Numbered from the whole stretch's first letter, positions 10,265 to 23,210 are shown. The stretch is DNA of 63,339 nt, filler included, from Aduncisulcus paluster (GCA_024181965.1; 7 parts of 7 records of this genome joined end to end with filler, not necessarily neighbours in it); one strand, 5' to 3'. The notes: generated by a model not told the origin, from the letters alone. Numbers and translations: made by a program.

Positions 10265-11398
10265 ATGGATATTAATATTCCAGATATAAAATGTTATCAT
10301 GATAATCTAGACCACATGAAATTATGTGGAAAACTCGCAAGAACAAACGATGGATTTGTGAGTGGAATCTTGCATTTCAAGTTAAAACATGATTTGGACG
10401 GGAAACAAGATTTTGATATCTGTCCTTTAATCGATGAACAAGCTTATTCCATCCTATTTTCGCACTCTAGGATTTCTTCCAAAGAAGAACCGCTTCATGC
10501 ACGAAATGCCGGCCTTGGAATCACAAAGGGCATGAGACTTAATAGTAATGTCCTTGATAATATTCCTCAACGTATCGCAGCCTTTGATAAAGAAAAAGAT
10601 CTTGTATCATTTTGTGGTTTAAGTAGAATTGAAAATAGTGGGTCTAATATTGACAGCTTCTATCTCCAATGTGGAAAGAAAGAATACGTTGTGTCATTTT
10701 TCCCTCCATCCATGGTGAAAGATGGGAATAATGTGCTTATCTGTGCTCGAAAGTATGGATCTTGTGAACCATTCCAACCTTTATGGGAAGATGTAAAACC
10801 GTCTGCTCATATGTCACCCCATGTGAGTGGATTGAAGGGAGTATCAAAGAAAGATGAAGAGGAGGAGACAGGTGAGAAGATGGATTCCTCGAGTGTATCC
10901 TCTGCTCCTTCCATCCGTCTTCCTGTCATGTCCATGTATGGGAACACTTTCGGTTCATTGTTGACGACAATCCCATATGTCGTGTCCTCAAAGCACAGGG
11001 ATTTCTTATTGACAAGTTCAGGCAAGTGTCTTGAAGTGAACTTTAATATTGTTCGGAAATGTTATGAACTTGTTCCTATCTCCCCCAAAAAGCTTCCCCC
11101 ATGGATCCAAGGGCTTGAGTCCTTCAAGGATGATCTGTTGAGTGAATATGAGGCATGTGTAAAGAAACGATTAGAATTGGGAACAGCAATTGAATTTCCT
11201 GGGATTGTTGCACCAAAACCATTCGCTCAACCTAGATCTGGGTTTGGAGGAGGAAGTGCGTTCAATCAATCCAGATCTACCTTTGGGTCTTCTTCATCTT
11301 CTTCCTTCTCCACAAAAGCTGACAGATCTGATATCCCCATCTCAAAATGTTGTATTGTTCGTGGATGGGATCTTGCCCAAGGTCCAATCATATGTGTT
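10265..11398 (+). CDS. Hypothetical protein, 3'-truncated at scaffold end
   Basis: ATG-initiated ORF of about 378 codons running into the linker; no domain recognised. Confidence 0.7.
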
Positions 11399-11498
11399 NN
11401 NNNNNNNNNNNNNNNNNNNNNNNNNNNNNNNNNNNNNNNNNNTTAATTAATTAANNNNNNNNNNNNNNNNNNNNNNNNNNNNNNNNNNNNNNNNNNNN
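11399..11498. other. Artificial scaffold-concatenation linker
   Basis: N44-TTAATTAATTAA-N44; the 12-mer puts stops in all six frames. Confidence 0.97.
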
Positions 11499-14400
11499 GA
11501 AGAAGAGGAAGAAGAAGAGGAAGAAGTTGAGGAAATTGAAGAGAAGAAGATGGATGAAGAAAGTGTAAAGAAAGAGCAAGAAGAAGGCGTTATATTGGAT
11601 GTTAAGATCAAGCAAGAAGCTGAGGAATTGTCTGAAAATGTTGATACTGTTCCCATTGCTTCCTCTTCTGAAGATGAAACCGAGGATTCAGTCACTGTAG
11701 ATGAGAAACTGTCTTCTATTGTGAGTCTTCTTGATATATGTAATCCCAAAATGATTATCTCGGTTCCTTTCCGTGAGTTTCTCTCATCTTCATTCCTTTC
11801 GTCCTCTTCTCCAAATTCCCTTGTGATGTTCCCTCCATCTCCTTCTCTTTTCTCTTCGGTCTCTTCTTTGGTGCTTATCCGAGTTCTGAGTATTTTTAAA
11901 CGAAGGGCCTCTCTGTTATTCTCTTCTTCATCTCAGCAGATGGGTGAGATGATTCATAGCAAGCCTCTATTCGGATCTATTCCTCTCAGATTCATCTGTG
12001 TGTGTCATGCCTCTTCGTTATGTGTTCGGTTGAAGGATTCGCTTAAGGAATCACTCTCAAAACTTGGATTATCGTGTGCTGTTGTTTGGGGTTCCGGAGA
12101 GAGACGCACAATATCTGCGAAGGGATACACTGATTCTTTCGGCAATGAAGTTGAGGAAGATGGTAAAGAGGAGAGTGGAGGAGAAAAAGAACAGAAATGG
12201 TATGATCGGAAATCAATTCAAAAGAAAGAACCTCCTGTCGATCTTCTCTCTGATCTTGCAAGTCAAATATCTGTATATCAGAATAACAATGTGACATTCA
12301 TGACTCCTGGAACCTTGTCAAGCTTCTTAAGTTCATCATTCTCCCCTCTTAACTTATCCTCCCTCTCTCCGTCGGCCCTTACATCTCCTTTATCCCAGCT
12401 ACAGGGAATCATGTGTATCGGTCTTGAAAGTATGAGTGTGGACACCGGTGTGAAGAACAATGCAACCTCAGAAAGCGAGATTGTCGCAGTTGGAGGTCGT
12501 AGCAAGGTTAGTGGGGACTCTCTCGCTGTGGAGATGGAAAAGGCTCTTCTCCGTGTGAGAATGATGCAAGCTAGGCGAAGCAGGGATGTTGCTGAACGGA
12601 TAAGTCTTGAAAAGGAACAATTGTCGTCTGCATATAACATTGACCAAGGTAAGGATACCAAAGTGAAAGGTGAAGATAAGGAAGAACAAGAAACAGAAGA
12701 AGGAGAAGGAGAAGAAGAAGGAGAAGAAGCAGAAGGAGGAGAAGTGGATGATGAGGATGTATACTTTTCATTGTATTCCTCAGTGCCACTCGCTCTTACT
12801 GTTGTATCTCTTCCCATAAAGAATGTTAGTGACGTTATGAATTGGTGTGATGTTCAACCTGAGAATGTTTATTTCCCAATCTCTACAGGTTCCGTTCAAG
12901 CTCAATCTTCCCATGATTCAAGAGCTCTTCCTCCTTCATTAGCCGTGATGACTCCTCATGATATTGGTGTGACGAGTGAAAGGAATATAACCGCCATTTC
13001 TCACTCCATCTTTAAATATATTGCCCCTCTTTCTCAGGGGAATGTCATCCATCCAACGATTGTTCTCGTGTCCCCATCTCTTGCTCTTAATCTCACACAC
13101 TCACTTGCATGTATGTGTGATGTATTGGAGCGTACAAGAGGTTTATCCCTGGTTAGAAATAAGGCTCATCTTACTCAGTGGAATATGGATTCCGACGCCA
13201 CCTCTTCGGTCAAGAATAATAAGAACATCCACCATTCTTCTTTCCTCAATTTCAACAAGACTTCTTTAGCACATGGAATCCTGTGCTGCATGGGAGAAGA
13301 ACATATCGAATCGATGGTTCAGCTCGTCAACGATCAATCAGCTTCAGTTGTTGTGGCCTCTATTAAATTATTGCCCATATTACAGTACTGTTCATTGAAC
13401 TTCGATTATTCATTTATGTTGCACATCAATTTAACTTCATCTTCCCAATCTCCGTCTGGATTCACAAGCACTCAGCCACATTCGCACATACACCCACTTT
13501 CTCTGTCGCACGCCATGTGTTTGAGTCAGATTCAGACAGTGTTTGTTGTGCACCCTCTTTTCTATACCCATACTTGCTACCATTTGAGTGAGCCTGGCGT
13601 TGTTATCGAGAGTTCATTCCATTGTCCAAAGGAACCCCTAGTCATTGGACGTGTTTCTCCTGATTTCACTGCTGAAGAAGGTGAAGAAGAGGACGTTTGG
13701 CATGATGTTCAGAAAAGTGATGCGGAGAAGAGGAAAGATGAGGAAGGAACTCGGTTAGATGATGGGAATTTCATCTCTAAAGAACATCATATCTCCCATT
13801 CAGCTCTTTCCCCATTATTAACGTTTATTGTGGAAGAAGTGGTTACATTTCAAAGACATAGAAAACGTGTAAAGACACTAAACAGACATTTTGGCATTAG
13901 AACAACTTTTCCATCATCTATATCTGCCCAATTGATTGTAGACGCCCTATCATTCTCCTTTTTCACTCGTCGATTGCTTCAGAATCCCTCGTTTTACGGT
14001 GTTCGTGATAGTCAGGATAGTGCCGTCAGTCGTGAACTTCAAGCCCTTCGTGAAGGTCAAAGCAAAGAAGGATCCAATCTATTTCTGCAGCTAGAATCAT
14101 CTCCTTCTTCATCTTCTTTCGCCATTTCTTCCTCGCTCACGCATTCTCTCTCTCGTTTCTTCGACAATTTAGTCAATGAGGCCATCATTTTGCTATGTCG
14201 GTGGGATGTCCTGGATGTGAGGATGAAAGATGAGATTATTGAGGAAGAAAGGGAGAGCGAAGATTCTATTGAGAAGGAAGAAGAGGAATTGGATGATGAA
14301 GAGGAAGGAAACGGTGAAGAAGAAGAGGAGGAAGAGGAAGAACTCGTTGGAGAAGAACTTGATCATTCTCNNNNNNNNNNNNNNNNNNNNCTTCATCTTC

Positions 14401-16120
14401 TTTCGCCATTTCTTCCTCGCTCACGCATTCTCTCTCTCGTTTCTTCGACAATTTAGTCAATGAGGCCATCATTTTGCTATGTCGGTGGGATGTCCTGGAT
14501 GTGAGGATGAAAGATGAGATTATTGAGGAAGAAAGTGAGAGCGAAGATTCTATTGAGAAGGAAGAAGAGGAATTGGATGATGAAGAGGAAGGAAACGGTG
14601 AAGAAGAAGAGGAGGAAGAGGAAGAACTCGTTGGAGAAGAACTTGATCATTCTCATAGTTTTAAGGTTCTCCGTTCCTCTCTTTCTCTTTGTCGTCCAAC
14701 AAATATCCTTCTTTCGCCCCTATCTTGTGCTAAATTGGTCCATAATCTCTCCATCCCTGTATCTGATGCTTGTGAGATTATCCGAAGTTTGACTGAGAAT
14801 TCTCTCGAGATTGATGAGGTTCCCCTGTATGAAGAACAATCAAACCTTCAGAATGAGTCCACGATAGCAGTGAGTTACGGTGCAGATCATCATCTCAAGC
14901 ATTTCTCTGTCAATGATGAGACGTCCAAGGTTGATCGTGCCAAAAAGGGGAAAGGTGTATGTTCAAATGATATTCTTTGTGCGCTTGTTCGCTCAAATAT
15001 GATGCGTCGGTGGAGAGTTGGATCTCACCGAGGGGTCAAACTCCTCGAGAAATGTCAGAAGCATGTTCCAATGATTCCTAGCCCATCTATCACTTCTCCC
15101 CTCTCTCCATCTTTTGTTTCGCTTATTCTCCTTCAGTTCTCAATCAACAGGCATATCCTTTCACCTACAGGCAAGAATCCAGTTGTTCCTATTCCAATTG
15201 CCCTTGGAACAGAAATGTCTCTCTCCTCTCTTCCTCTGTTCGCCCTCTGTTCGGACGTTTGTAGTCTGTTTGGCACAAAACACAGTACTCTTCGAAGTAT
15301 CTTGATGACACAGGCCATTGTTCAGTGTGTCGCGATGAATGAGAGTGCATTGTGTCAAATTCCACATATCACCGAAACTGGAGTTCTAAAATTAGATGAC
15401 TCTGAGAAAGACAAGTCATTTGATGATAGGAAATATGAGGAGATTGAAGCCAGTATGAAGCTATTCCCAAATAATCCACAGATGCAAACCTACTGTCAAT
15501 CCCTTGTCCAACTTCACCCTTGCACACCTCTCTCCAAGCTTATCTTAGCCGGTGTTCTCATGCCGAGTCAGTTAATTATGCTCCCGTGGGAAAAGAACAA
15601 GGCAATTGGGTGCAAACGGCTTGGTAATCAAAGCATTTTGTTTGATTTATTCACCACTGATGATGTCTTGGGTGATGTATGTGTCTTTTTGAAGAAATAC
15701 CCTGTGATTCGAACCAGTGTAACTTTCCATAGGGAAGAAGAGCACATCTTCTCGGCATCAGGAAATGATATCGAAGAATCATATGAGCTTAGAACTGCGC
15801 TGGATAGTCATGAATCCAATCAATCGATGGAGTTTCCTCTCAATGTTTATATCGAACGTCACAAGGAAGCTCCTCTTGTTTGTTCTCCTCTGCCAATACT
15901 TAGAAGGGAAGGATGGTATATAGTCGTGTGTTATAAGGATGAAGTGCTAATGATGCGCAGGAAATTTATGCTTAATTCAAATCAAATCGAGGAAAGTCTC
16001 GTGGTTCCTTGTCCGGAGGAAATAGGAAGAGGAGACCAATTTATTGTTGATATCTACATTCTTAGTGATAGTTACGTTGGTGCCGACACTAAAAAGCGGG
16101 TTAAAATTTCTGTTATCTGA
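11499..16120 (+). CDS. BRR2: Brr2/SNRNP200-like Ski2 helicase, C-terminal cassette plus Sec63 domain (5'-truncated; split in the ORF track by a gap duplication)
   Basis: SLPIKNVSDVMNW, LAHGI, VIESSF, FTRRLLQNPSFYG, LSRFFDNLVNEAI, ESALCQIPHI, PILRREGWYIVV and IYILSDSYVGAD match the Brr2/ASCC3 second cassette and Sec63 C-terminus. ORFs 11550-14456 and 14474-16120 join once 14107-14390 is collapsed. Confidence 0.7.
14107..14654. repeat. Gap-flanking duplication (14107-14370 = 14391-14654)
   Basis: 264-bp copies around 20 N with one substitution (G14252 vs T14536; ERESE vs ESESE). Confidence 0.9.
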
Positions 16121-16409
16121 TTGGAATTGCTTTTTTCAGTTTTCCTTTAATCTAAAGAAATATTTCAATTTTATGTGCTAATCTCATATGATTTTGGTTG
16201 ATTTTACAATATATATTCCTTGAAATAATAAATTATTAATTCTACCCATGAAGCGATCTTTTAGAGTCTTTTGGGCGTAATTCTATAATTATTCTCATTT
16301 CAACAGATTTTTAAAATTTTCTGATATAATATCTGTGAATCTATCTTCGTAATTTCGAATATTATATTATCTATTCTATCCTTTTTTATATTTTTTCTAT
16401 CCAAGTATA

Positions 16410-19400
16410 ATGAAACGATATTTTTCAGGTTTTACCAACATGATATTATGTTACATTGTTTTATTATTTTGTTTTGTTTTGATTCAAGGTTTTTCTTTCA
16501 CAAATCCATCTTCCGGATTGTATTCGCCAGGTAGTCTTAATAGCGACTTTATTCCCGATAAAAACACATTGAAAAGATTCGACTCTCATTCATTTGGTGA
16601 AATCGTCGAAATAGAATCAAAGGACCCTCAATCTTTCTTCTCTTCAGATATTCTTGATGAATACTTTTGTTTAATTCTATCCGAAGAAAGTTCCTGCGAT
16701 TTGTCATCTAATCTCATTTATACCATTTTTGATGATGTTAATGTGAATAATTTGGAAGTGTCCTCCTTGGAAGGCTTTCAACATCTTCTTTCCGTATTTT
16801 CTATCCATCTTTCCGATAATTCGCTCAATAACATTGATAAACTTGCTTCTTTGACAAAGTTGGGCATTGTAGATCTCAGTAATAATCTCATTTCTGATTT
16901 ATCACCCCTCCAATATCACAATAATCTTCACGAGGTCTCTCTAAGTGGCAACACTAACATCTTTGATATATCTCAACTCTATGCTAGTGTTTCTATCGTT
17001 TCAATCGGGATTAATAACACATCGTTGTGCCATTCTGAATCAGATTCTGATTATGTTCTATTTTTATCCAATGTTTTCCCTTCTCTATTGACTGATTCGG
17101 CAACTATCTCAGATTTCATTCTTCCTTCATTGTGCTCCTTAATTGATAGTGATATTTGCCCCGATTCCACCTCGTGCGCGTCCTATTCCTGTTCCTCAAA
17201 TGAAAATTGTCCCTCTGTCCTCCTTAATGAGGTCTATAATCCACTAAGTGAAAACAAGGAATGTGCAGGGTTTGCCAAGGAAAGTGTTGATGTGAATGGG
17301 GATATTGTCTGCTATTCCATACATGATGATTCTCTCAGAAATTATTTCATCGATGTCCTTGGGCTGATTCCTGAAGATAATGGAATATTAAGTGTTCCAA
17401 CTCTTAGAACTGGCCTGAATAATTCATTTGACATTCAACAACTTTGGTTATCTCCATTGTATTGTGGTGTGAAAACTCTTCGTGGTCTTGAATTGGCATC
17501 TAGTTTGACAGAACTTTCACTTGATGGGTATGATCTGGGCGTGTTGGAGGAGTATGATTCCGCAAAATATATTGTCGATCGGAATGTCATTCAAATTTTA
17601 TCTCGATCTACCAGTGAATATGGTCTTACAAGTGTATCCCTTGATAGTTGTGGTATTCGCAGTATTTCTGATATCTTTGATCTTAAAACTATCCATCAGG
17701 ATGATTCAACGACTATTGCTTATAAAATAACTTCTATAAATCTCGATAATAATTCCATTTCTGATCTTTCTCCTCTTTTATCCCAGATATCAGATGGTAA
17801 TTCCCTGTTTCCAAATTTGATGACTTTGAGCGTTTAATAATAATATATGTAACATTGAGGAGATAATTGAAGCAAACTCTGGGATTTCTATATCAGGAAG
17901 TGATCAGAATTGTCTGTGTGATCCAGTGCCAGACTATTCTTCAAACTATGTATGTCGGGAATCATATCCAAACTTTTGGGTTACTGAGTGTGCTTTTGGA
18001 TATTATCTGGATAACAGCTCTGATCAATGTGTGCTACCATCTGAGGATGAACCCAACTATTTTTTTGTCAATAGTTGTTTCTCTCGGGCGAATACTATTC
18101 CAGTTCTTTCTTTAGATGGGGAGTATATCTGTCAATGCAGAGAAGGGTGGAAAGGGAGTGATTGTTCCATCCAATCTGGGGCTCCTTATGATTCTTATGG
18201 GAATGAGTGTGGGTTGGCTGGTAATTATGACTCTTCTGAGGAAATATGTTCGTGTGTTGATGGAATTTCCCTTCAAGAAGATGGTACATGCATGTATCAA
18301 GTGTATATTCCCGATGATAATTTGAGGAAAAGTGTCTGTTTCTCAAATGATTCCAATAATGGAGGAACGTTGTGTGATATTTCAATGGGTGAACTTACAA
18401 CAATTGAAAAGTTTTCCGAATACTTTGTCGATATTAATGACCTCAATGCTTCAAGTATCAATGTTGAGGGTGTACAATATATGGTTTCTGCGTCATTCTT
18501 TGATTTAAATTACGGAACTATCTCTGATTTGACACCCATAAATGAACTTAAACAGTTAACAGAAGTATATTTCTCAAATGAACTACCCGATCTTGTTGAT
18601 ACCATCGTGTCAGATATCTCTCCTCTCTCTGATATTTATCGTGCAAGGTTCTTTCACCTCACCGATAATTCCTTACTTAGTGATATTTCAATGATATACA
18701 GAAACACTGGGTTACATAAGCTCAAATTAGATGGTGAAACCCCTTTCTGTCATTCTGAGAATCAAACTGATTTTTTGGATTTTATATCAACCATCTTTCC
18801 CTATCTCGGATCAGATACTGAAGAGAATATTGTGCCACCAAAAGCAGCCGGATGCGGCCTGGATTGTGATTCTGATGATGTTAATTGTCCGAGTTTGAAA
18901 CTCAATCAGATACTTGATCTTGAAGACATTGGTAATCCTCAGATAACCTGCTCTTCGATCTCTAAGGAACAAAATGGAAACTGTCACGTTATTCACGATG
19001 ATAATTTACGTGCTTATTTGATGGAAGGTTGTGAGATCGATCATGAAGACAGTTATGTCTACTCTGTTGATGAATTGATATCTTCAAGTGTGACGAATAT
19101 TAATATTGGCTCCATAAGTGCACCAACAACTCTTAAAGGATTAGAGTATCTTCGAAAGATTGAGGTTTTGACACTCAATGGATATGATCTCTCGGATTCA
19201 TACGATCAGAAGGTTGTGAAAATGTTGTCGAGACATTACATTGATGGGGATCTTGGTTTGAAAGAGCTTCATGTTTCTGGATGCAATATTAATCGTCTGG
19301 AAGATATCCTTGATTTTACAGTATCCGCTCAATATGACGGAATGGGTTCTGATGCGATTGATGTTGTTTCATCGAGTTTTAAGTTTAGGCATTTGGATAT

Positions 19401-20347
19401 CTCTGAAAATAATATTTCAGATCTATCTACATTAGCAATGTGGGATCCCCAAAACTGTTTTGGCGATAGTTTTAATATCATTTTAAATAACAATAATATT
19501 TGTGACTTTGAAAATGTTCATTCTTTCTTTACAAACATATATGGAACGGATTCTATAATTCCAGAAGCCTCTGATACCTCCCAAAATTGTCATTGTTCGA
19601 CATTCTCTCAACCAAAATTCAGTGATCATGAGGTATGTAGACAGGTATATCAGAACAACTGGCAAGTTGAATGTTGGGTTGGCTATTACTTTGATGTTGA
19701 ATCGTCTTCATGTCTGTTGGCACTGACAGATAGCGCAGCAGCGATCTGCCGATGGTGTGAACACGAGTCTTCTCAAAGTTATCGATGTATTAAGGAAGAT
19801 GGGGCTTCTGATGTGTCAGCCGTGTGTCGGAATGGACTGAGTGGACCCAAGTGTACTGTGCGAACATGTCCATCAAATCCTGATGGAGTGATATGCGGAA
19901 GTGGAGGGACCTGTGATCTCGTTTCAAACACGTGTATCTGTGATGCTTCATCCATGCTTGTGAGTGGTTACTGTGTTGATACCCCATACAAGGTCTTCAT
20001 TGAGGATATTGATGTCCGAAAGAATATCTGTGAGGCCACTGGACATGGTGCTGTTATTTGTGATGTTGATATATTTGAGTTCGCTGAACTTACACAATTG
20101 GAAATCGGTTCGGGAGACACTCTTGCTGATATCAATTCGATCGTTGGAATTGAGAATCTATATCAGCTTGGGAGTCTCTCAATATATGAGTCTGGTTTGA
20201 CCGATATCAATTCAATTTATGATTTACCCATGCTGAATTATATTGGATTCTACGGTTCCAATCCAAATTTCTATGATTTGAGTCCTATTAAAGGGTTGTT
20301 CTACTTAAGTACCATTTTAACCATTGGAAAGAGTGGTCTTTTTGACT
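16410..20347 (+). CDS. Internalin-like LRR / Cys-rich / EGF-like surface protein with a frameshift at about 17835; 3'-truncated
   Basis: Hydrophobic signal-like N-terminus (alternative ATG 16440), LRRs (LSNNLISDLSPL, LDNNSISDLSPL), EGF-like CQCREGWKGSDC. After GTT a single T (17835) precedes AAT AAT AAT ATA TGT (NNNIC), which is in frame with ORF 17926-20403. Confidence 0.8.
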
Positions 20348-20447
20348 NNNNNNNNNNNNNNNNNNNNNNNNNNNNNNNNNNNNNNNNNNNNTTAATTAAT
20401 TAANNNNNNNNNNNNNNNNNNNNNNNNNNNNNNNNNNNNNNNNNNNN
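20348..20447. other. Artificial scaffold-concatenation linker
   Basis: N44-TTAATTAATTAA-N44. Confidence 0.97.
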
Positions 20448-23210
20448 CTTGAAGAGCAACAAAAGCTTGGAGAACTTGAAGATGAGCGTGAGAAGATCGA
20501 TGGTGAGCGGACTGACTTCGCAGAGAAGCAACGTGAATTCGAAGAAGAGATTGCTGCTTTGAAGGCCAAGCTCGAAGAGAAGGAGGCTGAATCTGTTGAG
20601 ACCCGTCCTGACTATGGAGAACAAGAGCCCGGACTTGATATTGAAGTTGAGGTTGCTGCCGATTTCTCTGCCGAGAGAGAAGCCATTGAAGCTGAGCGTC
20701 AGAAGCTTGAGGATGAACGTCAACAGATGATGGATGAGCTTGCCTCCCTTGAAACCGACATGGAAGACAGTGATGCCGAACAACGCGAGAGATCTGAGCT
20801 TGAAGCTGAGATTGCCAAGATCGAGGCAAGAAAGGCTGAGCTTGAGAAAGATCGTGTTGCCCGTGAGGAGGCTGAGCGTGCCAGACTCGAGAAGCTCAAG
20901 GATGCTGAAGAGCAACTTGCTGAAGACAAGGAAGAACTTGAACGTATTCGGGCTAAACTTGAAGCCGATCAAGCCGAGCTCATTGAGAAAATGCATGCCC
21001 TTGACCAAAGAGATTCTACTGATCATTCTAAGCTTCTTGAGTATGAACAGGAGTTAGTTGAAAAAGATGAAGCCATCAAGAATAATCAAGAACTTATTGC
21101 GGAGCTTGAAGCTCATGCACACAATCTCGTCGAGGAAAATTCTGCTCTGAAGGAAGAGAATCGTTCTCTTTTAGTCAGAACTCAGGAACTTGAAGATCTC
21201 AAACTTGAGAATCTTGAAGCCATTAAGAAGTTGGAGGATGATAACGATATGATTTCTTCTCAATATGACGAAAAGGTGCAAGAACTCGACAATATGGCTT
21301 CTCAACTGCGTGATGCTCACGACCAAATTGAGGCCGTTAAACTTGACATGAGACAAAAAGAAGACGAAAAGCATCGTATTGAAGATGAAATGATATATGG
21401 AGAAGTTGAAGCCGCCGAGGCTGAACGTAAGAAGCTTGAAGAAGAACGCAGAGCCATGCAGGCCACCCTTGAAGGCTTTGAAGAAGATTCCAGTGAGGAA
21501 GAGGATGCCGATAAGGATAAGATTGCTGCCGAGCTTCAGAAGATTGAACAAAGAAAGCTTGAGCTTGAACAAGAACGTGTTGCCCGTGAAGAGGCCGAAC
21601 GTGCCAGACTCGAGAAGCTCAAGAACGATCAAGAGGAGCTTGTTGAGGATAGAGAAGACTTCGAACGTCATCGTGCTGAACTCGAGGCCAACAAGAGAGA
21701 TTTTATGGAAAGAGCTCGTGAACTTGCTGAGAAAGAGGCCGAAGAGCAACGCATGCTTATGGCTCTTGAGGATGAGCGCAAGAGAATTGATGAGGAGAGA
21801 CAGAGATTTGCTGTCGAAAGGGACAACTTTGAAGAGCAAATAGCCTCGATATCGCAGGAGAAAGAGGATCTTGTCAAGGAGAAAGAACAAATTGAAGATG
21901 AGAAGAAACAGCTTGAGCAACGCCAACAGGAACTTGTCGATCAACTCAATGCCCTATTGCCTGAGCTGAAGCGTGTTTCAGATGAGTTAGAGTCTCGCAA
22001 GCTGGAAGATGCTCAAAGAGAGAAAGATATGGCTCTCCGGAAAGAGGAGGAGGCCAAGATTGATATCGAATCTATTGAGACTGAAAAGAAAGATCTTGAA
22101 GATAAATATCGTGAGATAGAAGCCGAGAGAGATGCCCTTCGTGCTGAACGGAAGAGGTTGCTTGACGAACAGGAAAATATTGAGAATGCCCGGAAGAAAT
22201 TGGAAGCCGACCAGAAGATATTAGCTGACGATCGTATCTTGTTCCAACATATGACCGAGAGCAAAGGTATTGAAGATATGCGTAGGAGGATGGATGAGGA
22301 TATGTCCCTCGAAGGTGACATACCAGCCTTGTTACGCATGTCTATGATGGGTCAGGATGTGGATAAATCTAAAGAACGAGAGAGTGATAACATTGTTGCT
22401 CTTCGAAATGAAAACAAAGCACTGATGGCCAAGCTGCGTGGAGTTTTGGCTGAGGTGAAGGACGAAAAGGCTAAGAGAATCCAGGAGACCAGGTTCCATA
22501 AATATGACTCTGAGAAAGTTAAGAGACTCGAAATGGAGATTGCTGGTTTCGAAAGAGGATTGGCTGCCCTGAAGATGAGGGGAGATATTTCTGGAATGGG
22601 AAGCTCCAAAGAGAGGAAATTGGTGATGAACATGGTTCAAATGATTGAAGAAAACGTTGAGAAGGTCCGTGCTGAACGTATTGATGCGGCCAGTGCAGAA
22701 GTTCGTCAGAAAGAGGTTAATAGTGGAATGATTGATTCTCAGGGAACAACACAGCCAATCGCTATTTCTGGAAGTCAATCCTCTGGATGGAACTCTTCTC
22801 AGATTGAAAGATCTGGCACCACGCCATTATATGCCTCCAAACTCTTGTCTCCTGCTCGTCTTGGTACTCCTTCGAGGCATCTTCTTGGAATGTCCCAGAG
22901 AGTTGAATCGTCTCCTTTGACGGGATCTCGGATAATGTCACCATCAATAGGAAGTAGACCAGGCATTGGTGGACCAGATGTTTTCATGTTGGTTGCCGCC
23001 TGTGAAAAGTCCTTGAAAAACATTAAACGCATGGAGAGAGATGGGAATGAAGCCGAAAAAGAAAAGGCTCTAACTGATTTGAAATTCAAATTGGCATTAG
23101 TCAATCAAAAGAGTGGAGAGATTGGCGGTGGCCTTGGTAGTTTGTCTTTGAGAGTCATTCGTGGACAGATTGAGAGACAATTGGGCCTTAAAAGCCAACC
23201 ATGGATGTAA
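20448..23210 (+). CDS. Large acidic coiled-coil protein, 5'-truncated
   Basis: Frame open from scaffold start; E/K/R-rich heptads; internal ~95-aa repeat containing RVAREEAERARLEKLK twice. Confidence 0.85.
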   Translation, partial: LEEQQKLGELEDEREKIDGERTDFAEKQREFEEEIAALKAKLEEKEAESVETRPDYGEQEPGLDIEVEVAADFSAEREAIEAERQKLEDERQQMMDELASLETDMEDSDAEQRERSELEAEIAKIEARKAELEKDRVAREEAERARLEKLKDAEEQLAEDKEELERIRAKLEADQAELIEKMHALDQRDSTDHSKLLEYEQELVEKDEAIKNNQELIAELEAHAHNLVEENSALKEENRSLLVRTQELEDLKLENLEAIKKLEDDNDMISSQYDEKVQELDNMASQLRDAHDQIEAVKLDMRQKEDEKHRIEDEMIYGEVEAAEAERKKLEEERRAMQATLEGFEEDSSEEEDADKDKIAAELQKIEQRKLELEQERVAREEAERARLEKLKNDQEELVEDREDFERHRAELEANKRDFMERARELAEKEAEEQRMLMALEDERKRIDEERQRFAVERDNFEEQIASISQEKEDLVKEKEQIEDEKKQLEQRQQELVDQLNALLPELKRVSDELESRKLEDAQREKDMALRKEEEAKIDIESIETEKKDLEDKYREIEAERDALRAERKRLLDEQENIENARKKLEADQKILADDRILFQHMTESKGIEDMRRRMDEDMSLEGDIPALLRMSMMGQDVDKSKERESDNIVALRNENKALMAKLRGVLAEVKDEKAKRIQETRFHKYDSEKVKRLEMEIAGFERGLAALKMRGDISGMGSSKERKLVMNMVQMIEENVEKVRAERIDAASAEVRQKEVNSGMIDSQGTTQPIAISGSQSSGWNSSQIERSGTTPLYASKLLSPARLGTPSRHLLGMSQRVESSPLTGSRIMSPSIGSRPGIGGPDVFMLVAACEKSLKNIKRMERDGNEAEKEKALTDLKFKLALVNQKSGEIGGGLGSLSLRVIRGQIERQLGLKSQPWM

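Noticed and set aside
11399..11498. TTAATTAATTAA palindrome recurring six times as a possible biological motif
   Set aside because: Always centred in exactly 44+44 Ns; it is a synthetic six-frame-stop linker, so neighbours across it are not truly adjacent.
10265..16120. Joining the 10265 ORF and the Brr2-like ORF into one gene
   Set aside because: They are separated by a concatenation linker and the first ORF shows no helicase motifs.
17835..17843. Stop-codon reassignment (TAA=Gln as in hexamitids) to explain TAA TAA TAA
   Set aside because: Homology continues in a different frame, and conserved genes here end in TAA (LC8) and TAG (phosphatase), so the code is standard.
20400..22778. Long antisense ORFs (208, 257, 148 aa) opposite the coiled-coil gene
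   Set aside because: Shadow frames caused by the biased Glu/Lys/Leu codon usage of the sense gene.
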